From: an uncultured virus (IMG/VR IMGVR_UViG_3300036712_000025)
Lineage: Duplodnaviria > Heunggongvirae > Uroviricota > Caudoviricetes
Strand: one strand, 5' to 3'
IMG/VR virus record: IMGVR_UViG_3300036712_000025
DNA: 64,000 nt
Shown here: positions 63,994-64,000 of the stretch, piece by piece
How positions within the stretch are numbered: the first letter of the stretch is position 1
How the letters are laid out: each line of letters starts with the position of its first letter
The notes under the pieces: model-generated
Databases searched by the model: none
The model's input: the letters and a program-made list of their open reading frames with translations, nothing else
Told to the model about the DNA's origin: nothing
Position numbers and translations under genes: made by a program

Positions 63994-64000
63994 CCCAAGT

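Larger units (their letters stand above)
1..64000. mobile_element. Segment of a large tailed bacteriophage genome (virion arm on +, replication arm on -)
   Basis: Dense genes with abutting or ATGA-overlapping ends in two convergent blocks. Baseplate, tailspike and holin-like genes on +; pol, primase, helicase, SSB, RecA and resolvases on -. No cellular housekeeping operons. Confidence 0.95.

Noticed and set aside
1..64000. Stop-codon reassignment, introns/inteins, tRNAs, reverse transcriptase/DGR, integrase
   Set aside because: Genes tile cleanly with TAG, TGA and TAA all used as stops; polymerase, helicases and primase look uninterrupted; none of the others was recognised by eye. tRNAscan and Infernal were not run.

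Overview
The whole window reads as part of a large, GC-rich tailed phage genome, probably with a contractile tail. Spanin-like and holin-like genes suggest a diderm host. The + strand arm (1-47594) holds virion genes: head or fiber proteins, gp25-like and baseplate J-like proteins, LamG/PKD-like proteins and a beta-helix tailspike, plus a sigma-70-family factor and a split lysis module. The convergent - strand arm (47613-63956) holds replication and recombination genes: SF2 helicase, family-4 UDG, DUF932-like protein, DnaB, DnaG, SSB, PolA, HU, RecA, Cas4-like and Hjc-like nucleases, and RusA. Capsid, portal, terminase and prohead protease genes were not recognised here. The main unexplained pattern is that about ten unrelated, mostly basic proteins in three clusters within the virion arm share a short tag, F-x-D-E-[LM]-x-K-x-[AGS], or a bare K-x-A form. 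Internal copies of the tag are bracketed by a second K-x-A site. Tagged proteins include the sigma factor, a LigD-like phosphoesterase/ligase, a pyrophosphatase-like domain, glycine-zipper proteins and a 29-aa tag-only peptide. I infer a capsid-targeting and proteolytic-processing system for injected cargo. Other signals are a -1 frameshift cassette (G GGA AAC plus hairpin), tandem NrdR-like boxes at the replisome promoter, a stand-alone MshEN-like protein, an Hfq/Sm-like protein, a RecA with a Zn-ribbon insertion, and alternative hairpins that could sequester a ribosome-binding site. All calls come from motif reading by eye; no database searches were run.
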